A stretch of DNA of 64,000 nt, taken from assembly GCA_964016885.1 (NCBI GenBank), contig OZ024740.1, positions 27,652,001 to 27,716,000 on the forward strand, read 5' to 3'. Positions within the stretch are counted from its first letter, which is position 1. Each line of letters opens with the position of its first letter. Below, one piece after another: positions 44,101 through 60,700 of the stretch. Made by a program: the position numbers and the translations under genes. Below the pieces are notes generated by a model. It was not told the DNA's origin. It saw only the letters and a program-made list of their open reading frames with translations, and made no database searches. Source of the DNA: Eledone cirrhosa (taxonomy: Eukaryota).

Positions 44101-47100
44101 TTACAGTTGGTAACATATTAGTAAGAGCAATACCTTGTGTCTATTGTAATCAATATTACAGTTGGTAACATATTAGTAAGAGCAATACTTTGTGTCTATT
44201 GTAATCAATATTACAGTTGGTAACATATTAGTAAAAGCAATACCTTGTGTCTATTGTAATCAATATTACAGTTGGTAACATATTAGTAAGAGCAATACCT
44301 TGTGTCTATTGTAATCAATATTACAGTTGGTAACATATTAGTAAGAGCAATACCTCATCTAATGTAATCAATATTACAGTTGGTAACATATTAGTAAGAG
44401 CAATACAGTGTGTCTATTGTAATCAATATTACAGTTGGTAACATATTAGTAAGAACAATACCTCGTGTCTATTGTAATCAATATTACAGTTGGTAACATA
44501 TTAGTAAGAGCAATACCTTGTGTCTATTGTAATCAATATTACAGTTGGTAACATATTAGTAAGAGCAATACTTTGTGTCTATTGTAATCAATATTACAGT
44601 TGGTAACATATTAGGAAGAGCAATGCCTTGTGTCTATTGTAATCAATATCACAGTTGGTAACATATTAGTAAGAGCAATACCTCGTGTCTATTGTTATCA
44701 ATATTACAGTTGGTAACATATTAGTAAAAGCAATACCTTGTGTCTAATGTAATCAATATTACAGTTGGTAACATATTAGTAAGAGCAATACCTTGTGTCT
44801 ATTGTAATCAATATTACAGTTGGTAACATATTAGTAAGAGCAATACCTTGTGTCTAATGTAATCAATATTACAGTTGGTAACATATTAGTAAGAGCAATA
44901 CCTTGTGTCTATTGTAATCAATATTTCAGTTGGTAACATATTAGTAAGAACAATACCTCGTGTCTATTGTAATCAATATTACATTTGGTAACATATTAGT
45001 AAGAACAATACCTTGTGTCTATTGTAATCAATATTACAGTTGGTAACATATTAGTAAGAGCAATACCTTGTGTCTATTGTAATCAATATTACAGTTGGTA
45101 ACATATTAGTAAGAGCAATATCTTGTGTCTATTGTAATCAATATTACAGTTGGTAACATATTAGTAAGAACAATACCTCGTGTCTATTGTAATCAATATT
45201 ACAGTTGGTAACATATTAGTAAGAACAATACCTTGTGTCTATTGTAATCAATATTACAGTTGGTAACATATTAGTAAGAGCAATACCTTATGTCTATTGT
45301 AATCAATATTACAGGTGGTAGCATATTAGTAAAAGCAATACCTTGTGTCTATTGTAATCAATTTCACAGTTGGTAACATATTAGTAAGAGCAATACCTTG
45401 TGTCTATTGTAATCAATATTACAGGTGGTAGCATATTAGTAAAAGCAATACCTTGTGTCTATTGTAATGAATATTACAGTTGGTAACATATTAGTAAGAG
45501 CAATACCTTGTGTCTATTGTAATCAATATTACAGTTGGTAACATATTAGTAAGAGCAATACTTTGTGTCTATTGTAATCAATATTACAGTTGGTAACATA
45601 TTAGTAAAAGCAATACCTTGTGTCTATTGTAATCAATATTACAGTTGGTAACATATTAGTAAGAGCAATACCTTGTGTCTAATGTAATCAATATTACAGT
45701 TGGTAACATATTAGTAAGAGCAATACCTTGCGTCTATTGTAATCAATATTACAGTTGGTAACATATTAGTAAGAGCAATACCTTGTGTCTATTGTAATCA
45801 ATATTACAGTTGGTAACATATTAGTAAGAGCAATACCTTGTGTCTATTGTAATCAATATTACAGTTGGTAACATATTAGTAAGAGCAATACCTTGTGTCT
45901 ATTGTAATCAATATTACAGTTGGTAACATATTAGTAAGAGCAATACCTTGCGTCTATTGTATTCAATATTACAGTTGGTAATATATTAGTAAGAGCAATA
46001 CCTTGTGTCAATTGTAATCAATATTACAGTTGGTAACATATTAGTAAGAGCAATACCTTGTGTCTATTGTAATCAATATTACAGTTGGTAACATATTAGT
46101 AAGAGCAATACCTTGTGTCTATTGTAATCAATATTACAGTTGGTAACATATTAGTAAGAGCAATACCTTGCGTCTATTGTAATCAATAGTACAGTTGGTA
46201 ACATATTAGTAAGAGCAATACCTTGTGTCTATTGTAATCAATATTACAGTTGGTAACATATTAATAAAAGCAATACCTTGTGTCTATTGTAATCAATATC
46301 ACAGTTGGTAAAATATTAGTAAGAGCAATACCTTGTGTCCATTGTAATCAATATTACAGGTGGTAGCATATTAGTAAAAGCAATACCTTGTGTCTATTGT
46401 AATCAATATCACAGTTGGTAACATATTAGTAAGAGCAATACCTTGTGTCTATTGTAATCAATATTACAGTTGGTAACATATTAGTAAGAGCAATACTTTG
46501 TGTCTATTGTAATCAATATTACAGTTGGTAACATATTAGTAAGAGCGATGCCTTGTGTCTATTGTAATCAATATCACAGTTGGTAACATATTAGTAAGAG
46601 CAATACCTTGTGTCTATTGTTATCAATATCACAGTTGGTAACATATTAGTAAGAGCAATACCTTGTGTCTATTGTAATCAATATTACAGTTGGTAACATA
46701 TTAGTAAAAGCAATACCTTGTGTCTAATGTAATCAATATTACAGTTGGTAACATATTAGTAAGAGCAATACCTTGTGTCTATTGTAATCAATATTACAGT
46801 TGGTAACATATTAGTAAGAGCAATACCTTGTGTCTAATGTAATCAATATTACAGTTGGTAACATATTAGTAAGAGCAATACCTTGTGTCTATTGTAATCA
46901 ATATTACAGTTGGTAACATATTAGTAAGAACAATACCTCGTGTCTATTGTAATCAATATTACATTTGGTAACATATTAGTAAGAACAATACCTTGTGTCT
47001 ATTGTAATCAATATTACAGTTGGTAACATATTAGTAAGAGCAATACCTTGTGTCTATTGTAATCAATATTACAGTTGGTAACATATTAGTAAGAGCAATA

Positions 47101-49535
47101 TCTTGTGTCTATTGTAATCAATATTACAGTTGGTAACATATTAGTAAGAACAATACCTCGTGTCTATTGTAATCAATATTACAGTTGGTAACATATTAGG
47201 AAGAACAATACCTTGTGTCTATTGTAATCAATATTACAGTTGGTAACATATTAGTAAGAGCAATACCTTGTGTCTATTGTAATCAATATTACAGTTGGTA
47301 ACATATTAGTAAGAGCAATACCTTGTGTCTATTGTAATCAATATTACAGTTGGTAACATATTAGTAAGAGCAATACCTCGTGTCTAATGTAATCAATATC
47401 ACAGTTGGTAACATATTAGTAAGAGCAATACCTCCTTGTGTCTATGGTAATCAATATTAAGGTTGGTAACATATTAGTAAGAGCAATACCTTGTGTCTAT
47501 TGTAATCAATATTACAGTTGGTAACATATTAGTAAGAGCAATACCTTGTGTCTATTGTAATCAATATTACAGTTGGTAACATATTAGTAAAAGCAATACC
47601 TTGTGTCTATTGTAATCAATATTACAGTTGGTAACATATTAGTAAGAGCAATACCTTGTGTCTAATGTAATCAATATTACAGTTGGTAACATATTAGTAA
47701 GAGCAATACCTTGCGTTTATTGTAATCAATATTACAGTTGGTAACATATTAGTAAGAGCAATACCTTGTGTCTATTGTAATCAATATTACAGTTGGTAAC
47801 ATATTAGTAAGAGCAATACCTTGTGTCTATTGTAATCAATATTACAGTTGGTAACATATTAGTAAGAGCAATACCTTGCGTCTATTGTAATCAATATTAC
47901 AGTTGGTAATATATTAGTAAGAGCAATACATTGTGTCAATTGTAATCAATATTACAGTTGGTAACATATTAGTAAGAGCAATACCTTGTGTCAATTGTAA
48001 TCAATATTACAGTTGGTAACATATTAGTAAGAGCAATACCTTGTGTCTATTGTAATCAATATTACAGTTGGTAACATATTAGTAAGAGCAATACCTTGCG
48101 TCTATTGTAATCAATATTACAGTTGGTAATATATTAGTAAGAGCAATACATTGTGTCAATTGTAATCAATATTACAGTTGGTAACATATTAGTAAGAGCA
48201 ATACCTTGTGTCAATTGTAATCAATATTACAGTTGGTAACATATTAGTAAGAGCAATACCTTGTGTCTATTGTAATGAATATTACAGTTGGTAACATATT
48301 AGTAAGAGCAATACCTTGTGTCTATTGTAATCAATATTACAGTTGGTAACATATTAGTAAGAGCAATACTTTGTGTCTATTGTAATCAATATTACAGTTG
48401 GTAACATATTAGTAAAAGCAATACCTTGTGTCTATTGTAATCAATATTACAGTTGGTAACATATTAGTAAGAGCAATACCTTGTGTCTAATGTAATCAAT
48501 ATTACAGTTGGTAACATATTAGTAAGAGCAATACCTTGCGTCTATTGTAATCAATATTACAGTTGGTAACATATTAGTAAGAGCAATACCTTGTGTCTAT
48601 TGTAATCAATATTACAGTTGGTAACATATTAGTGAGAGCAATACCTTGTGTCTATTGTAATCAATATTACAGTTGGTAACATATTAGTAAGAGCAATACC
48701 TTGTGTCTATTGTAATCAATATTACAGTTGGTAACATATTAGTAAGAGCAATACCTTGCGTCTATTGTAATCAATATTACAGTTGGTAATATATTAGTAA
48801 GAGCAATACCTTGTGTCAATTGTAATCAATATTACAGTTGGTAACATATTAGTAAGAGCAATACCTTGTGTCTATTGTAATCAATATTACAGTTGGTAAC
48901 ATATTAGTAAGAGCAATACCTTGTGTCTATTGTAATCAATATTACAGTTGGTAACATATTAGTAAGAGCAATACCTTGCGTCTATTGTAATCAATAGTAC
49001 AGTTGGTAACATATTAGTAAGAGCAATACCTTGTGTCTATTGTAATCAATATTACAGTTGGTAACATATTAATAAAAGCAATACCTTGTGTCTATTGTAA
49101 TCAATATCACAGTTGGTAAAATATTAGTAAGAGCAATACCTTGTGTCTATTGTAATCAATATTACAGGTGGTAGCATATTAGTAAAAGCAATACCTTGTG
49201 TCTATTGTAATCAATATCACAGTTGGTAACATATTAGTAAGAGCAATACCTTGTGTCTATTGTAATCAATATTACAGTTGGTAACATATTAGTAAGAGCA
49301 ATACTTTGTGTCTATTGTAATCAATATTACAGTTGGTAACATATTAGTAAGAGCGATGCCTTGTGTCTATTGTAATCAATATCACAGTTGGTAACATATT
49401 AGTAAGAGCAATACCTTGTGTCTATTGTTATCAATATCACAGTTGGTAACATATTAGTAAGAGCAATACCTTGTGTCTATTGTAATCAATATTACAGTTG
49501 GTAACATATTAGTAAAAGCAATACCTTGTGTCTAA
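37208..49535. repeat. Near-identical tandem duplication of 112 monomers (2 x 6164 bp)
   Basis: Rare variants recur at exactly +6164: 53-bp cctcatct 38191/44355, ttaggaag 38451/44615, tgtattc 39798/45962, aatagtac 40025/46189, gtccattg 40176/46340, gcgatgcc 40383/46547, agtgagag 42470/48634, variant B 37581/43745 and 41267/47431. Confidence 0.93.
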
Positions 49536-52500
49536 TGTAATCAATATTACAGTTGGTAACATATTAGTAAGAGCAATACCTTGTGTCTATTGTAATCAAT
49601 ATTACAGTTGGTAACATATTAGTAAGAGCAATACCTTGTGTCTAATGTAATCAATATTACAGTTGGTAACATATTAGTAAGAGCAATACCTTGTGTCTAT
49701 TGTAATCAATATTACAGTTGGTAACATATTAGTAAGAACAATACCTCGTGTCTATTGTAATCAATATTACATTTGGTAACATATTAGTAAGAACAATACC
49801 TTGTGTCTATTGTAATCAATATTACAGTTGGTAACATATTAGTAAGAGCAATACCTTGTGTCTATTGTAATCAATATTACAGTTGGTAACATATTAGTAA
49901 GAGCAATATCTTGTGTCTATTGTAATCAATATTACAGTTGGTAACATATTAGTAAGAACAATACCTCGTGTCTATTGTAATCAATATTACAGTTGGTAAC
50001 ATATTAGTAAGAACAATACCTTGTGTCTATTGTAATCAATATTACAGTTGGTAACATATTAGTAAGAGCAATACCTTGTGTCTATTGTAATCAATATTAC
50101 AGTTGGTAACATATTAGTAAGAGCAATACCTTGTGTCTATTGTAATCAATATTACAGTTGGTAACATATTAGTAAGAGCAATACGTCGTGTCTAATGTAA
50201 TCAATATCACAGTTGGTAACATATTAGTAAGAGCAATACCTCCTTGTGTCTATGGTAATCAATATTAAGGTTGGTAACATATTAGTAAGAGCAATACCTT
50301 GTGTCTATTGTAATCAATATTACAGTTGGTAACATATTAGTAAGAGCAATACCTTGTGTCTATTGTAATCAATATTACAGTTGGTAACATATTAGTAAAA
50401 GCAATACCTTGTGTCTATTGTAATCAATATTACAGTTGGTAACATATTAGTAAGAGCAATACCTTGTGTCTAATGTAATCAATATTACAGTTGGTAACAT
50501 ATTAGTAAGAGCAATACCTTGCGTTTATTGTAATCAATATTACAGTTGGTAACATATTAGTAAGAGCAATACCTTGTGTCTATTGTAATCAATATTACAG
50601 TTGGTAACATATTAGTAAGAGCAATACCTTGTGTCTATTGTAATCAATATTACAGTTGGTAACATATTAGTAAGAGCAATACCTTGTGTCTATTGTAATC
50701 AATATTACAGTTGGTAACATATTAGTAAGAGCAATACCTTGCGTCTATTGTAATCAATATTACAGTTGGTAATATATTAGTAAGAGCAATACATTGTGTC
50801 AATTGTAATCAATATTACAGTTGGTAACATATTAGTAAGAGCAATACCTTGTGTCAATTGTAATCAATATTACAGTTGGTAACATATTAGTAAGAGCAAT
50901 ACCTTGTGTCTATTGTAATCAATATTACAGTTGGTAACATATTAGTAAGAGCAATACCTTGTGTCTATTGTAATCAATATCACAGTTGGTAAAATATTAG
51001 TAAGAGCAATACCTTGTGTCTATTGTAATCAATATTACAGGTGGTAGCATATTATTAAAAGCAATACCTTGTGTCTATTGTAATCAATATCACAGTTGGT
51101 AACATATTAGTAAGAGCAATACCTTGTGTCTATTGTAATCAATATTACAGGTGGTAGCATATTAGTAAAAGCAATACCTTGTGTCTATTGTAATCAATAT
51201 TACAGTTGGTAACATATTAGTAAGAGCAATACCTTGTGTCTATTGTAATCAATATTACAGTTGGTAACATATTAGTAAGAGCAATACTTTGTGTCTATTG
51301 TAATCAATATTACTGTTGGTAACATATTAGTAAAAGCAATACATTGTGTCTATTGTAATCAATAATACAGTTGGTAACATATTAGTAAGAGCAATACCTT
51401 GTGTCTAATGTAATCAATATTACAGTTGGTAACATATTAGTAAGAGCAATACCTTGCGTCTATTGTAATCAATATTACAGTTGGTAACATATTAGTAAGA
51501 GCAATACCTTGTGTCTATTGTAATCAATATTACATTTGGTAACATATTAGTAAGAGCAATACCTTGTGTCTATTGTAATCAATATTACAGTTGGTAACAT
51601 ATTAGTAAGAGCAATACCTTGTGTCTATTGTAATCAATATTACAGTTGGTAACATATTAGTAAGAGCAATACCTTGCGTCTATTGTAATCAATATTACAG
51701 TTGGTAACATATTAGTAAGAGCAATACCTTGTGTCTATTGTAATCAATATTACAGTTGGTAACATATTAGTAAGAGCAATACCTTGTGTCTATTGTAATC
51801 AATATTACAGTTGGTAACATATTAGTAAGAGCAATACCTTGCGTCTATTGTAATCAATATTACAGTTGGTAACATATTAGTAAGAGCAATACCTTGTGTC
51901 TATTGTAATCAATATTACAGTTGGTAACATATTAGTAAAAGCAATACCTTGTGTCTATTGTAATCAATATCACAGTTAGTAACATATTAGTAAGAGCAAT
52001 ACCTTGTGTCTATTGTAATCAATATTACAGGCGGTAACATATTAGTAAAAGCAATACCTTGTCTCTATTGTAATCAATATCACAGTTGGTAACATATAAG
52101 TAAGAGCAATACCTTGTGTCTATTGTAATCAATATTACAGTTGGTAACATATTAGTAAGAGCAATACCTTGTGTCTATTGTAATCAATATTACAGTTGGT
52201 AACATATTAGTAAGAGCAATACCTTGTGTCTATTGTAATCAATATTACAGTTGGTAACATATTAGCAAGAGCAATACCTTGTGTCTATTGTAATCAATAT
52301 TACAGTTGGTAACATATTAGTAAGAACAATACCTCGTGTCTATTGTAATCAATATTACATTTGGTAACATATTAGTAAGAACAATACCTTGTGTCTATTG
52401 TAATCAATATTACAGTTGGTAACATATTAGTAAAAGCAATACCTTGTGTCTATTGTAATCAATATTACAGTTGGTAACATATTAGTAAGAGCAATATCTT

Positions 52501-55500
52501 GTGTCTATTGTAATCAATATTACAGTTGGTAACATATTAGTAAGAACAATACCTCGTGTCTATTGTAATCAATATTACAGTTGGTAACATATTAGTAAGA
52601 ACAATACCTTGTGTCTATTGTAATCAATATTACAGTTGGTAACATATTAGTAAGAGCAATACCTTTTGTCTATTGTAATCAATATTACAGTTGGTAACAT
52701 ATTAGTAAGAGCAATACCTTGTGTCTATTGTAATCAATATTACAGTTGGTAACATATTAGTAAGAGCAATACCTCGTGTCTAATGTAATCAATATCACAG
52801 TTGGTAACATATTAGTAAGAGCAATACCTCCTTGTGTCTATGGTAATCAATATTAAGGTTGGTAACATATTAGTAAGAGCAATACCTTGTGTCTATTGTA
52901 ATCAATATTACAGTTGGTAACACATTAGTAAGAGCAATACCTCGTGTCTATTGTAATCAATATTACAGTTGGTAACATATTAGTAAGAGCAATACCTGAT
53001 GTCTATTTTAATCAATATTACAGGTGGTAGCATATTAGTAAAAGCAATAACTTGTGTCTATTGTAATCAATTTCACAGTTGGTAACATATTAGTAAGAGC
53101 AATACCTTGTGTCTATTGTAATCAATATTACAGGTGGTAGCATATTAGTAAAAGCAATACCTTGTGTCTATTGTAATCAATATTACAGTTGGTAACATAT
53201 TAGTAAGAGCAATACCTTGTGTCTATTGTAATCAATATTACAGTTGGTAAAATATTAGTAAGAGCAATACTTTGTGTCTATTGTAATCAATATTACAGTT
53301 GGTAACATATTAGTAAAAGCAATACCTTGTGTCTATTGTAATCAATATTACAGTTGGTAACATATTAGTAAGAGCAATACCTTGTGTCTATTGTAATCAA
53401 TATTACAGTTGGTAACATATTAGTAAGAGCAATACCTTGAGTCTAATGTAATCAATATTACAGTTGGTAACATATTAGTAAGAGCAATACATTGTGTCTA
53501 TTGTAATCAATATTACAGTTGGTAACATATTAGTAAGAACAATACCTCGTGTCTATTGTAATCAATATTACAGTTGGTAACATATTAGTAAGAGCAATAC
53601 CTTGTGTCTATTGTAATCAATATTACAGTTGGTAACATATTAGTAAGAGCAATACCTCGTGTCTAATGTAATCAATATCACAGTTGGTAACATATTAGTA
53701 AGAGCAATACCTCCTTGTGTCTATGGTAATCAATATTAAGGTTGGTAACATATAAGTAAGAGCAATACCTTGTGTCTATTGTAATCAATATTACAGGTGG
53801 TAGCATATTAGTAAAAGCAATACCTTGTGTCTATTGTAATCAATATCACAGTTGGTAACATATTAGTAAGAGCAATACCTTGTGTCTATTGTAATCAATA
53901 TTACAGATGGTAGCATATTAGTAAAAGCAATACCTTGTGTCTATTGTAATCAATATTACAGTTGGTAACATATTAGTAAGAGCAGTACCTTGTGTCTATT
54001 GTAATCAATATTACAGTTGGTAACATATTAGTAAGAGCAATACCTTGTGTCTATTGTAATCAATATTACAGTTGGTAACATATTAGTAAGAGCAATACCT
54101 TGTGTCTATTGTAATCAATATTACAGTTGGTAACATATTAGTAAGAGCAATACCTTGTGTCTAATGTAATCAATATTACAGTTGGTAACATATTAGTAAG
54201 AGCAATACCTTTTGTATATTGTAATCAATATTACAGTTGGTAACATATTAGTAAGAGCAATACCTTGTGTCTGTTGTAATCAATATTACAGTTGGTAACA
54301 TATTAGTAAGAGCAATACCTTGTGGCTATTGTAATCAATATTACAGTTGGTAACATATTAGTAAGAGCAATACCTTGCGTCTATTGTAATCAGTATTACA
54401 GTTGGTAACATACTAGTAAGAGCAATACCTTGTGTCTATTGTAATCAATATTACAGTTGGTAACATATTAGTAAGAGCAATACATTGTGTCTATTGTAAT
54501 CAATATTACAGTTGGTAACATATTAGTAAGAACAATACCTTGTGTCTATTGTAATCAATATTACTGTTGGTAACATATTAGTAAGAGCAATACCTTGTGT
54601 CTATTGTAATCAATATTACAGGTGGTAGCATATTATTAAAAGCAATACCTTGTGTCTATTGTAATCAATATCACAGTTGGTAACATATTAGTAAGAGCAA
54701 TACCTTGTGTCTATTGTAATCAATATTACAGGTGGTAGCATATTAGTAAAAGCAATACCTTGTGTCTATTGTAATCAATATTACAGTTGGTAACATATTA
54801 GTAAGAGCAATACCTTGTGTCTATTGTAATCAATATTACAGTTGGTAACATATTAGTAAGAGCAATACTTTGTGTCTATTGTAATCAATATTACTGTTGG
54901 TAACATATTAGTAAAAGCAATACATTGTGTCTATTGTAATCAATAATACAGTTGGTAACATATTAGTAAGAGCAATACCTTGTGTCTAATGTAATCAATA
55001 TTACAGTTGGTAACATATTAGTAAGAGCAATACCTTGCGTCTATTGTAATCAATATTACAGTTGGTAACATATTAGTAAGAGCAATACCTTGTGTCTATT
55101 GTAATCAATATTACAGTTGGTAACATATTAGTAAGAGCAATACCTTGTGTCTATTGTAATCAATATTACAGTTGGTAACATATTAGTAAGAGCAATACCT
55201 TGTGTCTATTGTAATCAATATTACAGTTGGTAACATATTAGTAAGAACAATACCTCGTGTCTATTGTAATCAATATTACATTTGGTAACATATTAGTAAG
55301 AACAATACCTTGTGTCTATTGTAATCAATATTACAGTTGGTAACATATTAGTAAAAGCAATACCTTGTGTCTATTGTAATCAATATTACAGTTGGTAACA
55401 TATTAGTAAGAGCAATATCTTGTGTCTATTGTAATCAATATTACAGTTGGTAACATATTAGTAAGAACAATACCTCGTGTCTATTGTAATCCATATTACA

Positions 55501-57799
55501 GTTGGTAACATATTAGTAAGAACAATACCTTGTGTCTATTGTAATCAATATTACAGTTGGTAACATATTAGTAAGAGCAATACCTTGTGTCTATTGTAAT
55601 CAATATTACAGTTGGTAACATATTAGTAAGAGCAATACCTTGTGTCTATTGTAATCAATATTACAGTTGGTAACATATTAGTAAGAGCAATACCTCGTGT
55701 CTAATGTAATCAATATCACAGTTGGTAACATATTAGTAAGAGCAATACCTCCTTGTGTCTATGGTAATCAATATTAAGGTTGGTAACACATTAGTAAGAG
55801 CAATACCTCGTGTCTATTGTAATCAATATTACAGTTGGTAACATATTAGTAAGAGCAATACCTGATGTCTATTTTAATCAATATTACAGGTGGTAGCATA
55901 TTAGTAAAAGCAATAACTTGTGTCTATTGTAATCAATTTCACAGTTGGTAACATATTAGTAAGAGCAATACCTTGTGTCTATTGTAATCAATATTACAGT
56001 TGGTAAAATATTAGTAAGAGCAATACTTTGTGTCTATTGTAATCAATATTACAGTTGGTAACATATTAGTAAAAGCAATACCTTGTGTCTATTGTAATCA
56101 ATATTACAGTTGGTAACATATTAGTAAGAGCAATACCTTGTGTCTATTGTAATCAATATTACAGTTGGTAACATATTAGTAAGAGCAATACCTTGAGTCT
56201 AATGTAATCAATATTACAGTTGGTAACATATTAGTAAGAGCAATACATTGTGTCTATTGTAATCAATATTACAGTTGGTAACATATTAGTAAGAACAATA
56301 CCTCGTGTCTATTGTAATCAATATTACAGTTGGTAACATATTAGTAAGAGCAATACCTTGTGTCTATTGTAATCAATATTACAGTTGGTAACATATTAGT
56401 AAGAGCAATACCTCGTGTCTAATGTAATCAATATCACAGTTGGTAACATATTAGTAAGAGCAATACCTCCTTGTGTCTATGGTAATCAATATTAAGGTTG
56501 GTAACATATAAGTAAGAGCAATACCTTGTGTCTATTGTAATCAATATTACAGGTGGTAGCATATTAGTAAGAGCAATACCTTGTGTCTATTGTAATCAAT
56601 ATTACAGTTGGTAACATATTAGTAAGAGCAATACCTTGTGTCTAATGTAATCAATATTACAGTTGGTAACATATTAGTAAGAGCAATACCTTTTGTATAT
56701 TGTAATCAATATTACAGTTGGTAACATATTAGTAAGAGCAATACCTTGTGTCTGTTGTAATCAATATTACAGTTGGTAACATATTAGTAAGAGCAATACC
56801 TTGTGGCTATTGTAATCAATATTACAGTTGGTAACATATTAGTAAGAGCAATACCTTGCGTCTATTGTAATCAGTATTACAGTTGGTAACATACTAGTAA
56901 GAGCAATACCTTGTGTCTATTGTAATCAATATTACAGTTGGTAACATATTAGTAAGAGCAATACATTGTGTCTATTGTAATCAATATTACAGTTGGTAAC
57001 ATATTAGTAAGAACAATACCTTGTGTCTATTGTAATCAATATTATTGTTGGTAACATATTAGTAAGAGCAATACCTTGCGTCTATTGTAATCAATATTAC
57101 AGTTGGTAACATATTAGTAAGAGCAATACCTTGTGTCTATTGTAATCAATATTACAGTTGGTAACATATTGGTAAGAGCAATACCTTGTGTCTATTGTAA
57201 TCAATATTACAGTTGGTAACATATTAGTAAGAGCAATACCTTGTGTCTATTGTAATCAATATTACAGTTGGTAACATATTAGTAAGAGCAATACCTTGTG
57301 TCTAATGTAATCAATATTACAGTTGGTAACATATTAGTAAGAGCAATACCTCGTGTCTAATGTAATCAATATCACAGTTGGGAACATATTAGTAAGAGCA
57401 ATACCTCCTTGTGTCTATGGTAATCAATATTAAGGTTGGTAACATATTAGTAAGAGCAATACCTTGTGTCTATTGTAATCAATATTACAGTTGGTAACAT
57501 ATTAGTAAGAGCAATACCTTGTGTCTATTGTAATCAATATTACAGTTGGTAACATATTAGTAAAAGCAATACCTTGTGTCTATTGTAATCAATATTACAG
57601 TTGGTAACATATTAGTAAGAGCAATACCTTGTGTCTATTGTAATCAATATTACAGTTGGTAACATATTAGTAAGAGCAATACCTTGCGTTTATTGTAATC
57701 AATATTACAGTTGGTAACATATTAGTAAGAGCAATACCTTGTGTCTATTGTAATCAATATTACAGTTGGTAACATATTAGTAAGAGCAATACCTTGTGT

Positions 57800-60700
57800 C
57801 TATTGTAATCAATATTACAGTTGGTAACATATTAGTAAGAGCAATACCTTGTGTCTATTGTAATCAATATTACAGTTGGTAACATATTAGTAAGAGCAAT
57901 ACCTTGCGTCTATTGTAATCAATATTACAGTTGGTAATATATTAGTAAGAGCAATACCTTGTGTCAATTGTAATCAATATTACAGTTGGTAACATATTAG
58001 TAAGAGCAATACCTTGTGTCTATTGTAATCAATATTACAGTTGGTAACATATTAGTAAGAGCAATACCTTGTGTCTATTGTAATCAATATTACAGTTGGT
58101 AACATATTAGTAAGAGCAATACCTTGCGTCTATTGTAATCAATATTACAGTTGGTAACATATTAGTAAGAGCAATACCTTGTGTCTATTGTAATCAATAT
58201 TACAGTTGGTAACATATTAGTAATAGCAATACCTTGTGTCTATTGTAATCAATATCACAGTTGGTAAAATATTAGTAAGAGCAATACCTTGTGTCTATTG
58301 TAATCAATATTACAGGTGGTAGCATATTAGTAAAAGCAATACCTTGTGTCTATTGTAATCAATATCACAGTTGGTAACATATTAGTAAGAGCAATACCTT
58401 GTGTCTATTGTAATCAATATTACAGGTGGTAGCATATTATTAAAAGCAATACCTTGTGTCTATTGTAATCAATATTACAGTTGGTAACATATTAGTAAGA
58501 GCAATACCTTGTGTCTATTGTAATCAATATTACAGTTGGTAACATATTAGTAAGAGCAATACTTTGTGTCTATTGTAATCAATATTACTGTTGGTAACAT
58601 ATTAGTAAAAGCAATACCTTGTGTCTATTGTAATCAATATTACAGTTGGTAACATATTAGTAAGAGCAATACCTTGTGTCTAATGTAATCAATATTACAG
58701 TTGGTAACATATTAGTAAGAGCAATACCTTGCGTCTATTGTAATCAATATTACAGTTGGTAACATATTAGTAAGAGCAATACCTTGTGTCTATTGTAATC
58801 AATATTACATTTGGTAACATATTAGTAAGAGCAATACCTTGTGTCTATTGTAATCAATATTACAGTTGGTAACATATTAGTAAGAGCAATACCTTGTGTC
58901 TATTGTAATCAATATTACAGTTGGTAACATATTAGTAAGAGCAATACCTTGCGTCTATTGTAATCAATATTACAGTTGGTAACATATTAGTAAGAGCAAT
59001 ACCTTGTGTCTAATGTAATCAATATTACAGTTGGTAACATATTAGTAAGAGCAATACCTTGTGTCTATTGTAATCAATATTACAGTTGGTAACATATTAG
59101 TAAGAGCAATACCTTGCGTCTATTGTAATCAATATTACAGTTGGTAACATATTAGTAAGAGCAATACCTTGTGTCTATTGTAATCAATATTACAGTTGGT
59201 AACACATTAGTAAAAGCAATACCTTGTGTCTAATGTAATCAATATCACAGTTAGTAACATATTAGTAAGAGCAATACCTTGTGTCTATTGTAATCAATAT
59301 TACAGGCGGTAACATATTAGTAAAAGCAATACCTTGTGTCTATTGTAATCAATATCACAGTTGGTAACATATAAGTAAGAGCAATACCTTGTGTCTATTG
59401 TAATCAATATTACAGTTGGTAACATATTAGTAAGAGCAATACCTTGTGTCTATTGTAATCAATATTACAGTTGGTAACATATTAGTAAGAGCAATACCTT
59501 GTGTCTATTGTAATCAATATTACAGTTGGTAACATATTAGTAAGAGCAATACCTTGTGTCTATTGTAATCAATATTATAGTTGGTAACATATTAGTAAGA
59601 ACAATACCTCGTGTCTATTGTAATCAATATTACATTTGGTAACATATTAGTAAGAACAATACCTTGTGTCTATTGTAATCAATATTACAGTTGGTAACAT
59701 ATTAGTAAAAGCAATACCTTGTGTCTATTGTAATCAATATTACAGTTGGTAACATATTAGTAAGAACAATACCTCGTGTCTATTGTAATCAATATTACAG
59801 TTGGTAACATATTAGTAAGAACAATACCTTGTGTCTATTGTAATCAATATTACAGTTGGTAACATATTAGTAAGAGCAATACCTTGTGTCTATTGTAATC
59901 AATATTACAGTTGGTAACATATTAGTAAGAGCAATACCTTGTGTCTATTGTAATCAATATTACAGTTGGTAACATATTAGTAAGAGCAATACCTCGTGTC
60001 TAATGTAATCAATATCACAGTTGGTAACATATTAGTAAGAGCAATACCTCCTTGTGTCTATGGTAATCAATATTAAGGTTGGTAACATATTAGTAAGAGC
60101 AATACCTTGTGTCTATTGTAATCAATATTACAGTTGGTAACATATTAGTAAGAGCAATACCTTGTGTCTAATGTAATCAATATTACAGTTGGTAACATAT
60201 TAGTAAGAGCAATACCTTGCGTTTATTGTAATCAATATTACAGTTGGTAACATATTAGTAAGAGCAATACCTTGTGTCTATTGTAATCAATATTACAGTT
60301 GGTAACATATTAGTAAGAGCAATACCTTGCGTCTATTGTAATCAATATTACAGTTGGTAATATATTAGTAAGAGCAATACCTTGTGTCAATTGTAATCAA
60401 TATTACAGTTGGTAACATATTAGTAAGAGCAATACCTTGTGTCTATTGTAATCAATATTACAGTTGGTAACATATTAGTAAGAGCAATACCTTGTGTCTA
60501 TTGTAATCAATATTACAGTTGGTAACATATTAGTAAGAGCAATACCTTGCGTCTATTGTAATCAATATTACAGTTGGTAACATATTAGTAAGAGCAATAC
60601 CTTGTGTCTATTGTAATCAATATTACAGTTGGTAACATATTAGTAATAGCAATACCTTGTGTCTATTGTAATCAATATCACAGTTGGTAAAATATTAGTA

